Source of the DNA: Thermofilaceae archaeon
Lineage (GTDB): Archaea > Thermoproteota > Thermoprotei > Thermofilales > Thermofilaceae
Assembly (NCBI GenBank): GCA_038861545.1
Contig: JAWCCZ010000006.1
Coordinates: 1-64,000 of the forward strand
Reading direction: 5' to 3'
Length of the DNA: 64,000 bases
Positions within the stretch are counted from its first letter, which is position 1, and the number at the start of each line of letters is the position of its first letter. The translations under genes were made by a program, and so were the position numbers. Below are positions 1 to 9,577 of this stretch, piece by piece. Below the pieces are notes generated by a model that had not been told where the DNA came from, searched no databases, and saw only the letters and a program-made list of their open reading frames with translations.

Positions 1-2940
1 ATCGAGAATCTCAGTGTTCATCCCCTGATAGCACCCTTTCTTCGTACATCTAGAGAGAATCCCCCGCAGCTCTATCTGCACCAACATGAGGTTTTGGCTA
101 GGCTTGCACCTAGGCTACCGATCAGGGCACTCATTGCAGATGAGATAGGACTCGGGAAGACCGTAACGGCAATAGCTGTTATGAAGTACCTTGAAGCGAT
201 CGGTAGGGTAAAGAGGACGCTTATTATCGTACCGAGGGTTCTTGTCCAGCAGTGGCGTAAGGAGCTTATCAGGATGGGTATTCCCGCTTCTAGGATATTT
301 CACCTGGAGCGTTCGACCATCAGGGGGTTGGAGGCGCAGGGGTTCCCTGAGGGGTGCTACATAGCTTCTATGGATTTACTGAAGAGGGAGAGGCACCTTG
401 AGAGGGTTATTGATGCTTCGTGGGATCTGATAATAGTCGATGAGGTGCACAGGTTTGGCTACAGGACTGAAAGGTTCTATAACATTGGAAAGCATCTTAT
501 CGAAGCGCACCCTGAGAGGAACGTCCTATTCCTTTCAGCGACACCTCACAGGGGTGACGCTAGAGATTATATCGTGAGGCTTAAGCTGCTAGACCCCTTT
601 CTAGAGGATTGGAGGGAACTCGATCAGAGGGGTTTCTACGAGGCTACTCACTCCGCGTTGCTCTTTAGGAGGACGAAGGAGGATATCAACAATGTTTACG
701 AGGGGAAGCGTATCTTCCCGCCCGCTCGATTCTATGCGTGCTTAGTTGAATCAAGCGATTTGGAAAACAGGTTTGTCGAAGAGTTGGTCCGTTTCCTAAA
801 GAGTAAGCTCGTAGAACTAGTGTACGAGAAGAGGCTTCTGAACGAGAGGGTTATTCCGCTGTTAACGGTCCTCGTGTTTAAGAGGGCTTCCTCAAGTCCG
901 TACGCAGCTTACACTACGATGCAGAGGTTGCTTGCCAGAAGAGCTGGGGTTGACGAGTACAAGCTGAGGGGTCTTGCGGCGTCGGTTCAATCCTTCTTTA
1001 AGATTGGTTACGAGGAGTACGAGTATGAAGAGAGAGACCCTGACGAGGTGTTCAATGAGTTCCTTGAGGAAGCGTCAGCGCTGTTGAAGCCAGGGGATGA
1101 CTCGAAGATAAGAGAGCTGAGGGATATGGCTGAAAGGATAATGAAGACGCGTGATACCAAGCTAAACGCACTTTGCAGGCTGCTGGAGTGGGTTTCGGAG
1201 CAAGGGTTTAAGGCTGTGGTTTTCACCGAGTACAAGGATACGCTCCGGTACCTCTACGAACAGCTAACTCTTAGACACCCGGAGTGGGCGAAGGGCGTTC
1301 TGACGCTGAGTTCGGAAGAGACCCGCAATGAAGAAGCTTTTCAGAAGATTAAGGAGCGATTCGAAAAGGATCCTAAAGCTTGGCTGCTTATAGCGACCGA
1401 TGTTGTAGCGGAGGGCGTAAACCTCCAGGTTGCGAACATCTTGATTAACTACGAGATCCCCTGGAGCCTTGTTAAGCTTGAGCAGAGGATAGGTAGGGTT
1501 TGGAGGCTAGGGCAGAAGAGGGAGGTTGAAGTCTACACGCTGTTCATGAGGAATGTTGCAGATGAGGCCGCTCTGAATGCCATGTGCGTCAAACTCCTTA
1601 ACTTGAAGAGAGCTGAGCTCAAGCCGAAACCCTTTACGGGAGAAGAGATACTGGTGTACAGCGAGGATAAGGAGATCTTCGAGGCGCCACCGCAAATGGT
1701 GGTTGAAACAAGGAAGGGGAGGAAAGCTTTCAAGAGGGTTACGGAGTACAGGACCATCCAGACGTTCATCAAAGAGGGTAGTAAGGGGCTGGAAAGGCTG
1801 GTAATGAGAATTCTCGCGGCCAAGCAGGAGATCGAGAAGGAGTTGAAGAGTAAGGGTGTTCTTTATTTGCCTAAAACTAGAGAGGAGGCTGAAAGGGCTC
1901 CTGAAGCTCTTGGCTTCAGAAATCCTTCCGTCCTTATGGAGGCGGTGAAACAGCTGGTTAAGGGAGCGGCTCCATTCCTAGGTCTAACAGTTCAAGAGAG
2001 GGAAGGGGGTGCTCTCAGTGTCGCTCTTGGTGTTGAGATGCCGGCGCCCCTCTACACTCTTGAAGACTTTTTCGGTCTCTTTCGCGCAAAGAGGGGGGCA
2101 TCTCCTGTAACCCTAGTCCCTTACGGCGAGATGAGCGATGAGCTTCTACTATTAAACGTGAAAGTAACGTGTCAAGGCACCCCGATTTACTGCGAACCCG
2201 TAGGGGTCTACTGCAGAAGTGGTAGAGTTCTGAGGGGTGAAGAGCTAATTCTCGAGGTCTCGAAGGCTCTTTCCAGTTGCATCGGGGTTTCCGAAGAGGA
2301 TGTGCCAAACCTTTCGGTTAACCTAATGGCCCTTATTGAATCCAGGGTTAAGAGCTCTCTGAGCAGCATATTATCTCCTTGGTCTGATTATAGGTACAAG
2401 CTCATAAAGAGAGATCTTCGCGACCACGATACGTGGTTCGATATGCATGACTACGTTTTTGAATTTTTCAGGCCATTTGGCTGCATAAGGTTCGTTGAGA
2501 TACCGCGTGGTGAGAAAGTTGAACTTCCTGAAGACGTTAAGCGGGAAATTGAAAAGAAAGCTGTTGAATTAGTGCTAAAATCTGAAAGGGAGGAAGGAAG
2601 AATAGCGGAAATTGTTCCAGAAAGCGAGCATTACGACGTTAAAAGCATAGATCCGAGAAGCGGTGAGATTAGAAAAATTGAGGTTAAAGGTCATGCTGGC
2701 CCCGAGATTTACGCCGAGCTCACGAGCGCTGAAGCCGAGCTCGCTAGAAGGGAGGGGGATAACTACTGGCTTTACATAGTCTACGATATCATGAGTGGTT
2801 CACCGAAGCTCCTCCGCTTCAGGAACCCGTTAGAGACGATGAATTGGAGGGAAATCGAAAAGGTTGAGAAGAAAATCGAAAAGCGGGTTATACTCTGGCC
2901 TAAGAGCGCAGCAGCGTACGGTGAGGTGGGTCATGGTTAA
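1..2940 (+). CDS. SNF2-family (SF2) helicase with C-terminal DUF3883-like nuclease domain; 5'-truncated by window edge
   Basis: Motifs ADEIGLGKT, DEVH, LSATP, TDVVAEGVNLQ, EQRIGRVWR; C-terminal YDVKS..IEVKG..LTSAE..YWLYIV. Frame is open from base 1 (..PPQLYLHQHEV), so the real start lies upstream of the listed 94. Confidence 0.9.
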   Translation: MENLSVHPLIAPFLRTSRENPPQLYLHQHEVLARLAPRLPIRALIADEIGLGKTVTAIAVMKYLEAIGRVKRTLIIVPRVLVQQWRKELIRMGIPASRIFHLERSTIRGLEAQGFPEGCYIASMDLLKRERHLERVIDASWDLIIVDEVHRFGYRTERFYNIGKHLIEAHPERNVLFLSATPHRGDARDYIVRLKLLDPFLEDWRELDQRGFYEATHSALLFRRTKEDINNVYEGKRIFPPARFYACLVESSDLENRFVEELVRFLKSKLVELVYEKRLLNERVIPLLTVLVFKRASSSPYAAYTTMQRLLARRAGVDEYKLRGLAASVQSFFKIGYEEYEYEERDPDEVFNEFLEEASALLKPGDDSKIRELRDMAERIMKTRDTKLNALCRLLEWVSEQGFKAVVFTEYKDTLRYLYEQLTLRHPEWAKGVLTLSSEETRNEEAFQKIKERFEKDPKAWLLIATDVVAEGVNLQVANILINYEIPWSLVKLEQRIGRVWRLGQKREVEVYTLFMRNVADEAALNAMCVKLLNLKRAELKPKPFTGEEILVYSEDKEIFEAPPQMVVETRKGRKAFKRVTEYRTIQTFIKEGSKGLERLVMRILAAKQEIEKELKSKGVLYLPKTREEAERAPEALGFRNPSVLMEAVKQLVKGAAPFLGLTVQEREGGALSVALGVEMPAPLYTLEDFFGLFRAKRGASPVTLVPYGEMSDELLLLNVKVTCQGTPIYCEPVGVYCRSGRVLRGEELILEVSKALSSCIGVSEEDVPNLSVNLMALIESRVKSSLSSILSPWSDYRYKLIKRDLRDHDTWFDMHDYVFEFFRPFGCIRFVEIPRGEKVELPEDVKREIEKKAVELVLKSEREEGRIAEIVPESEHYDVKSIDPRSGEIRKIEVKGHAGPEIYAELTSAEAELARREGDNYWLYIVYDIMSGSPKLLRFRNPLETMNWREIEKVEKKIEKRVILWPKSAAAYGEVGHG

Positions 2941-4139
2941 CGTTAGGGTGCTGAGTGGGAAGGGTCATGTTGGCGGAAACTTCATTAGAGTGGAGGATGG
3001 AGATCGAGTACTGATATTCGACTAGGGTATAAGGTTCGGTGTTTTAGCTCGCTACTGCGGCGGCTTTATTGCGCCTAAGAGCCTTCACGAGCTTCGAGAG
3101 GTGGGCTCGGTACTCAAGGCAGAATGGTACGCGAGCGCTTCAACGGTGTATATTTCTCATATGCATCTAAATCATCTGGGCCTGCTCGCGAACATCCCCG
3201 CGAAGGTTAAGGTTTACATTCCAAGCCTAAGCGTGTACGAGATCCTGGAAGAAAAGTGGCGGGATTCGCCGACTTGGCTTTCGATGGTGCCTAGGAAATA
3301 CTATTTGGAACTTAAAGAGGTGAGGCCCCCTCGAAGCAGATGAGAATAACGTTATGCCGCTACCTGTTTCTCACAGCGCCCACCCGGCGTACGCGTTCCT
3401 GTACTTCGGGAGTGATGAAACAGTGCTGTATACGGGCGACTTCAGGGTTGAAGGCTTCCACTCGGATGAGCTGTGGGATCGTCCATTGATGCTGGATTAT
3501 CTCAGCGAGAATCGGGACATCAGGATCGATAGGTTAGTGATAGAGGGTACGAACTTAGTGCTCATAGATCTCCCATATCTCCGACTGAGGAGGAATCCAT
3601 GTTCAAGAGAATACTATCTGCGCACTCTCTCGTTGTTACGACTATGCACCCGCTTGACGCAGAATACGCGCTCTTCGTAGCCACTCTCGCAAGAGATTAC
3701 AATAGACCCCTCTACATAGCATCAGATGAGATTGCGAAACTGGTTGAAGTAACTGAGTTGCCTGCAGACGCGATGATTCTCGATAAGTATGTGAAAAGCG
3801 GTATTTCGCCTAGAAAGGGCTGAGGTTGCCGATATTGAGGATAACGCGCTGGTCATCGCGCCCTACAGCAGAATTGCGGATCTACTGAGGGATTTACGAG
3901 TGAAAGGCAACCTGCCGCTTAACGCCGTGGTTATGCTTTCGGAGCCGGAGCCACAGATTGAGGAAGCTCAGGAGTACAGTGTACTCATGAACTGGTTCGC
4001 CAAGCTGGGTGTTCAAAGCTACGCCATGAGGTTTTCTGGTCACTACTACCCTTACCAGCTGAACAGAATCGTGAGGGTAGTAAAGCCGAGGGAAATTGAA
4101 CTGGTGCACAGCATTCGAACAAGTATCAGCCACGCGTGA
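2933..4139 (+). pseudogene. MBL-fold beta-CASP (RNase J-like) hydrolase pseudogene
   Basis: ATG 2933 after GGTGAGG; MVNVRVLSG..VGGNFIRVED..LIFD*G with TAG at 3023-3025; SHMHLNH, VSHS, YTGDFR, IEGT, SGH and VHS motifs spread across ORFs 3101, 3354, 3599 and 3900, joined by three frameshifts. Confidence 0.85.
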
Positions 4140-4160
4140 CAGGCCTCCAGTAATCTGTTC

Positions 4161-4340
4161 CTGGGCAGCGTAGGCCTGGCGATTGACGACCCAGCCGGTG
4201 TCCCGGTCTCAGGCTTTCTATTCGGCGGCAGGGATCCTGACACGTGGCCTTCAGTGCAGGAGGCTTTCGACTGATGCCACGGTATCGTCACGGTGGGCGC
4301 ATCTCTAGAGTCGGAGCGTACCGCGGCTGTCCTCGGGAGG
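4161..4340 (+). pseudogene. pckG: Internal fragment of GTP-dependent phosphoenolpyruvate carboxykinase
   Basis: Manual translation DDPAGVPVSGFLFGGRDPDTWPSVQEAFD*CHGIVTVGASLESERTAAVLG matches the conserved PEPCK GVP..FGGR..EAFdW.HG..GA..SE.TAA segment; TGA at 4272-4274 replaces Trp. No start and no rest of the gene. Confidence 0.8.
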
Positions 4341-5239
4341 ATTCCCAGCTAGGGATGAAAAGCACTTTGAGAATGTACTGAAACTGAGGGTGGAGAATAC
4401 TAGTAACGCTTTTTCGTAAATTCGGGTAACGGTGCTACAATTCCTCTAAAGGTACAGTTTACAAGTTCACACTAGCTCTAAAGTTCAACCTATGCAGCCT
4501 ACTTAACAGGTTCCCCGCTATGCTACAGCCATCTAATACACTGTCGATTTGAACATCCACGCTTAAGTTTCCACTTAACTAAGCTTACCTCTCCACTCTC
4601 ACGGAAGCGTAACACTTACAGCAGGGCTAAAGCCGCTAACGCTAAGGTTTTCACCAGTTACCTCGAAAACAGGAATGTCACTGAATTCAACTACAGGCTC
4701 TGTACAGTGAAACTGCAATCGAAGTTCCTTCTACCCTAAAAGCCTCTGTTTAACAGCTGGCGCGATAATCTGAAACCCGCATTTGAGCTCGCAGTCACCT
4801 GCCCGCGAAGCTGATACTTGCATAAACACAGCGGAGGGTAACCAATTCTTCTAAACGGGTTCATAGCGAACCTTAACAAACCTATCAATGGTCCGCAGAG
4901 TGCTTCGACTAGGTAATGTGATTCTACACTAGCCGGATCATCACATTCAGCACGTGTAAACCAGATTTCATTCTGGATCTAAAATTCAATTCCCCGCTTT
5001 ACCAGGCATAAGTCTCAACATAGCTCCACGAGTATAAATACCGCTGCTAGCTCGCGTGCGCCGAACATGTAAACTGATGCTTTTTTAGCACACTTATGCC
5101 AGAATTCTAAAAAGTTACCTTAAACATTACCGTTTATTAAAGAAAAGTATATCAACTTCAAATGCTTCTTCAACTCGAAGGAGGACTGTTTTTCAAACTA
5201 GAACTAGAGAATAAAAAAGTGAATAAAAATCCATTGAAT

Positions 5240-5662
5240 TTAACCCTTAGTGAAGGTATACGTTGCCTCAGCGCCGCCTTTTGCAGAAACCTTCGCTATA
5301 TAAGTGGTACCTGAAGTAAGAGTGCATGTACCTGGAACGGTCACGCTTTTAGCTTCTTCTTTAGCTATGTTAATAGCAGTAGTTAGAGGGCCGCCACATA
5401 CGGCAGCAAAGTTTTCATCCAGTATATAGGCACTGATAATTGAAGTGTCTATTTCACCAATATTAACAACGAAAATATTTATGTCAGTACCGGTTTGAAC
5501 AGCATCAATCTTTAATCTTTCTTGCATCTGGGTTGGTGTTTCCCGAGGGGTTAGCGTACCCATGTACCCGGTGATCCAGATGTAAGCTAGCACGGCCGCA
5601 GCTACAGCTATAACTATCAGCAGCAGGGTGGCGATTACTGGGCTCACACCTTTTCTTTTCAT
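5240..5662 (-). CDS. Archaeal type IV pilin (probable major pilin)
   Basis: Class III signal peptide MKRKG/VSPVIATLLLIVIAVAAAV; ERLKID, VVNIG motifs; 140 aa. Confidence 0.92.
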   Translation of the reverse strand: MKRKGVSPVIATLLLIVIAVAAAVLAYIWITGYMGTLTPRETPTQMQERLKIDAVQTGTDINIFVVNIGEIDTSIISAYILDENFAAVCGGPLTTAINIAKEEAKSVTVPGTCTLTSGTTYIAKVSAKGGAEATYTFTKG

Positions 5663-6197
5663 TCTTCCACCTTCTCGAACCTCTCCAGCATATATTTTAA
5701 TATTTGTCGCTTAGAAATTTCCCTATAAGCTACTCTTAAAACTAATTAATCTTAAGGGTTTTCCGTTACTAAATATTTTCTCGAAAACTTATTATGAATA
5801 TTACCAAATTATTTAGATGGATAATTCAGCTTTCTACCTATAAGAGGTTTTACCTTGCTACTTAAATGTATAGATAATAAGTGGAAGCATCAACGGAGTT
5901 TTCTCCAGGGTTTCTCAGTAAGTGTGTTTCGAGAACCGGGTTTTACTTCCTCAGCTTGCCCTCAACCCGGATTCCCCTGCGCGTCGAGAGGGGGAAGTAC
6001 ACCTAGTTTGATTCAGTTGAGTTGCGACTTCCTATGAGCCCGGTCGTTTCCGCTATATGCGGACTGCCAGGTAAAATATCTTTCATTTTAAGCCGGCCTA
6101 TTGATTTAATTTACTGCTTGGGCGGATGCGTAGATAAACGTTTTTACCGGATATTTATTTAAGGCGCTAAACGTGCATGTTTACGGAGTGTCTAGCC

Positions 6198-6983
6198 ATG
6201 GGTAGCCGCGGTGTTTCAACTGTGCTGGGCACGTTGATATTCGTCCTACTAGCCTCTATGCTTATCGCTCTAATGCTCAAGATTTTCTACGATTACAGCT
6301 CGGTGCTAGCTGAAGTGGCGACTAGCCGCGCGGAGCGGGGGTTTCCAGCCCTGCTCGAGATACAGCTACGGTTTGCAGTTTCTTATGAACCAGCCGGACT
6401 CAGCGTAGCGGAGCGAATTAACGGAACAGTGGAAGGAGGTGGGAGCTACTTGAGAATCGTAGCTGAAAACGCTAGCGGAACTTACCTGGCTGTAGTGCAC
6501 TTGCGTGTTGTAGGGGACTGCCGGCTCAACTGCAGCCTGACTTTATCCTCTAACGTCACCGGCCTAGTTGAGATTTACGAGAACTACAGTGAGAGTAGCG
6601 GTGTCTGGACGTTAAGCTCCAAGTACTTCGTGAAGAGAAGCGAGGAGCAGTTCACCGTATCGCTAAGAAGCTCGGAGTTGCTCATTTACGCGTACGCCTA
6701 TAAGCCTATGGAGCTGTCGGTAAGCAACCCGCAGGTAGGGGTTTACGGCGACTGGATGACGCTCGCTGTGCGAAACGCAGGGTATACACCAGCTGAAGTG
6801 CATAGAGTTCTTTTACGGGATTTATGCGGGGGAGGGGAGTACATGCTCGACGATAAGCTTACCGTGCTGTTCCCCGGCGAGGAGAAGGTGTACACGCTTA
6901 GGCTGCAACCGCAGGAGGAGTGTGTTTACGAGGTTAGGGTTGTAACTGAGAACCAAGTATACACGGCGCGGTTCACGCCCTAG
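6198..6983 (+). CDS. Minor pilin-like protein with class III signal peptide
   Basis: MGSRG/VSTVLGTLIFV from ATG 6198; C-terminal VRNAG..VRVVTEN pilin-like domain. Confidence 0.75.
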   Translation: MGSRGVSTVLGTLIFVLLASMLIALMLKIFYDYSSVLAEVATSRAERGFPALLEIQLRFAVSYEPAGLSVAERINGTVEGGGSYLRIVAENASGTYLAVVHLRVVGDCRLNCSLTLSSNVTGLVEIYENYSESSGVWTLSSKYFVKRSEEQFTVSLRSSELLIYAYAYKPMELSVSNPQVGVYGDWMTLAVRNAGYTPAEVHRVLLRDLCGGGEYMLDDKLTVLFPGEEKVYTLRLQPQEECVYEVRVVTENQVYTARFTP

Positions 6984-6991
6984 GTGTTCTC

Positions 6992-7198
6992 GTGAAATTG
7001 GATTGGTTGATCAGGCGTGCGGAGGAGGAGCTTAAAAAAAGAGGGGGGCAAATTGAGCTTATAGCAATCCTTGCTCAAGGCTTACTGTACCTGGTTTCCG
7101 CGGCACTCATTATTTTCATGGTAGTGAGCATAGCAACTGCTGTCCAACTGTTAACCGAGAAGCTTTTATCGAGTTGCTGCTCGATTAAATTTCCCTAA
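6992..7198 (+). CDS. Small hypothetical membrane protein
   Basis: 68-aa ORF 8 bp after the minor pilin with one long hydrophobic helix; no family recognised. Confidence 0.35.
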   Translation: MKLDWLIRRAEEELKKRGGQIELIAILAQGLLYLVSAALIIFMVVSIATAVQLLTEKLLSSCCSIKFP

Positions 7199-7282
7199 AG
7201 CGGCTTTAAATGAATGCTTCAGCTACCGGTTGAGTTTAGAGGGTTAACTATAAGTATATACCAGCCGATAGGGGTGCTGTTC

Positions 7283-7624
7283 ATGTGCTGGGGGGTTCCC
7301 GCTAAAGTTGTAGAAGTTGAGGGGATGGAGGCTTTAGTCGACTTCGGCGGTGTGAGGAGAAAAGTGCTCCTAGTCGTAGAAAATGTGAAACCGGGAAGCT
7401 ACGTCGTGGTGCACGCTGGAACAGCTATCGGTGTCGTGAATCCTCGTGAAGCTTTAGATATGTTTAAAGCGTATAGGGAATTGGCCGCCTCTATTGACCC
7501 CAATCTCCTGGAGCCTATTGATAAGGCTATTGAGGAGCTTAAAAACTCGATTTATCCCCCACAATCCGAAGACGAAGCGCTTACGCCTGGCAAGTCTGAT
7601 ACTTATTCTGCCCCACTAGCCTGA
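7283..7624 (+). CDS. hypC: Hydrogenase maturation chaperone HypC
   Basis: MCWGVPAKVVEV..VDFGG..YVVVHAGTAI; the essential Cys2 places the start at ATG 7283, not 7214. Confidence 0.93.
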   Translation: MCWGVPAKVVEVEGMEALVDFGGVRRKVLLVVENVKPGSYVVVHAGTAIGVVNPREALDMFKAYRELAASIDPNLLEPIDKAIEELKNSIYPPQSEDEALTPGKSDTYSAPLA

Positions 7625-7683
7625 GGGAAAGCTTACTATTGGTTTTCAGCGTTGCGGTTTAATAGTTACCATCCTCAAACTTC

Positions 7684-8301
7684 TTGATGCTGTTCGTAGC
7701 TTTCGAGGGGATAGATGGAGCCGGTTTAACGACTCACGCTAGGATGACTGAGCGCTACTTGGAGGGTAAGGGGCTTAAGGTTGTTTTAACTAAGGAGCCT
7801 ACTGACGGCCTTGTCGGGGGGCTCATAAAAGCTTGCCTGAGAGGGGAGTGGAAAGCCGATCCAATGACTTTACAGCTTTTATTCGCCGCGGATCGGTGCC
7901 ACCACGTTAACACTGTGATCTCCCCTGCATTGAGGAGCGGTAGAGTGGTGGTGACGGACCGTTATCTGTTCTCCAGCCTCGCGTACGGTTCGCTCAATCT
8001 CGACTACGAGTGGTTAAAGGCCGTAAACTCGTTTTTCCCCCTTCCCGATTTAACGTTCATCTTGGACTTGAACCCGCTAGAGGCTATCAAGAGGATAAAG
8101 GAGGATCGCTTCGCGGTAGAGCTGTTCGAGGAGGCAGAGAAGCTGGAAAAAGTTCGGAAAGCTTACCTTAAGATAGCGCAAGAATACGGAGGTATTCATG
8201 TCGTGGAGACAGACGACGAAATCGGAGAAGTACAGAGGAAGATTGAGGAGATCCTAGAGTGCTACTTGCCGGAAGTGAATAGGAGACGCGCCCCTACTTA
8301 A
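7684..8301 (+). CDS. tmk: Thymidylate kinase
   Basis: FEGIDGAG P-loop, TKEPT, LLFAADR, DRYLFSSLAY, PDLTFILD. Confidence 0.92.
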   Translation: MMLFVAFEGIDGAGLTTHARMTERYLEGKGLKVVLTKEPTDGLVGGLIKACLRGEWKADPMTLQLLFAADRCHHVNTVISPALRSGRVVVTDRYLFSSLAYGSLNLDYEWLKAVNSFFPLPDLTFILDLNPLEAIKRIKEDRFAVELFEEAEKLEKVRKAYLKIAQEYGGIHVVETDDEIGEVQRKIEEILECYLPEVNRRRAPT

Positions 8302-8335
8302 AGCTGCAAAGGTAAAAATTTTCAACTAAGTTTGA

Positions 8336-9436
8336 TTATAAGCTGGTAAAGTCGCTGACCTTCTTCTCGTCCAGTTTCTTCACGAGCTCGGCGACCAGCC
8401 TTACAGCATTTGTTAAGTCGTCGAGGTGGACTATTGACACGTGGCTATGAATGTGGCGCGTGGGTACGCCTATTACGATGCTCGGCCTACCGGTTTTATA
8501 GAGGTGTAGTCGTCCCGCATCTGTACCGCCTTTCGCTATCGCTGAAAGCTGGTAGGGGATCTTCGCGTCCTCAGCTACTTGTATGGTGAACTCTTTCAGC
8601 TTCTGGTTGGGGACCATCGAAGCGTCGAAAGTGACGACCGTCGGGCCTTTACCGAGCCTTGCTTGTGCGTCGCGAGGGTCTATGCCCGGCACGTCTCCAG
8701 CGATATCCACTTCTGTTACGATAGCTAAGTCGTGGTCAACAAGCCAGCCTACGGTTTGAGCACCCCTAAGCCCGACTTCTTCCTGTACTGTGGCAGCAGC
8801 GTAAAGTGTGTTCGGGTGCTCGGCCCCGCTTTCCCTCAAGTATCTGAGCGCTTCAACTGCTATGAAGGCGCCTAGCCTATCGTCGAAAGCCTTACCCATT
8901 ATCGTTTTCCCGGTCGCTGATACAATGAAAGGCGAATAGGGGGCAATAGGGTCACCAATTCTTATCCCAAGGTTTTTCGCCTCTTCCTCGCTTGTCGCCC
9001 CCACGTCTATATACATTCGATCGATAGTCACCACTTTCTGCCTTTCCTCAGGGGTCAGCAAGTGCGGGGGTTTGCTGGTTATTATCCCGAGCACCTGCCC
9101 TTTCTTGGCTCGGATTACCACCCTTTGGGCTAGTAGAACCTGGTCGAACCAGCCTCCTAGGGGCGTGAACGTAATGTATCCCTCCTTAGTTATACTAGTT
9201 ACAAGGAAACCAACTTCATCTACGTGCCCCGCTACGAGCACGCGCGGCTTATCCCTTGAGCCTCTTTTCACGAAGACAAGGGAGCCGAGGTTATCCCGTA
9301 CAACTTCATCGGCGAAACGGTGTCCATAGGCCTGAAATAGCCGTAGTACTTCATCTTCGAAGCCTGAGGGGCCTACAGCCTCACAAACATCTTTTAAAAA
9401 CTTTTGAGCTTCATCGGAGATCCGGTACTCGCTCAC
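8336..9436 (-). CDS. M42 family (TET-type) aminopeptidase
   Basis: GPSGFE, AGHVDEVG, KAFDDR, VQEEVGLRGA, GGTDAG, RHIHS. Confidence 0.95.
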   Translation of the reverse strand: MSEYRISDEAQKFLKDVCEAVGPSGFEDEVLRLFQAYGHRFADEVVRDNLGSLVFVKRGSRDKPRVLVAGHVDEVGFLVTSITKEGYITFTPLGGWFDQVLLAQRVVIRAKKGQVLGIITSKPPHLLTPEERQKVVTIDRMYIDVGATSEEEAKNLGIRIGDPIAPYSPFIVSATGKTIMGKAFDDRLGAFIAVEALRYLRESGAEHPNTLYAAATVQEEVGLRGAQTVGWLVDHDLAIVTEVDIAGDVPGIDPRDAQARLGKGPTVVTFDASMVPNQKLKEFTIQVAEDAKIPYQLSAIAKGGTDAGRLHLYKTGRPSIVIGVPTRHIHSHVSIVHLDDLTNAVRLVAELVKKLDEKKVSDFTSL

Positions 9437-9577
9437 AAGGCTACTTAGAACACTGTTTCATTAATTTTCCGCTGGATACGCTGGGCGCTTTTACTATCTC
9501 CTTTTATTATTCCCAGGCTTTCTATAAAGAAAACCTTGTTACCGGGTTTTCCCCAAGGACGGTGCAGCCTCTTTAGC

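Noticed and set aside
3023-3025. In-frame TAG (and TGA at 4272) as possible pyrrolysine/selenocysteine recoding
   Set aside because: Both lie in sequences with other lesions and are single-base changes from expected Gln/Trp codons.
4434-4465. GCTACAATTCCTCTAAAGGTACAGTTTACAAG resembles a reversed CRISPR repeat; a weak echo (CAATTCTTCTAAA) lies near 4843
   Set aside because: No regularly spaced copies, lacks the ATTGAAA(C/G) end, and no cas genes in the window.
4353-5239. Long ORF-free stretch checked for tRNA, att repeat or IS ends
   Set aside because: No cloverleaf, terminal inverted repeats or recognisable protein remnant found by eye.
5855-6037. 60-aa ORF between the pilin genes
   Set aside because: TTG start, no motif, atypical composition; overlaps the hairpin cluster.
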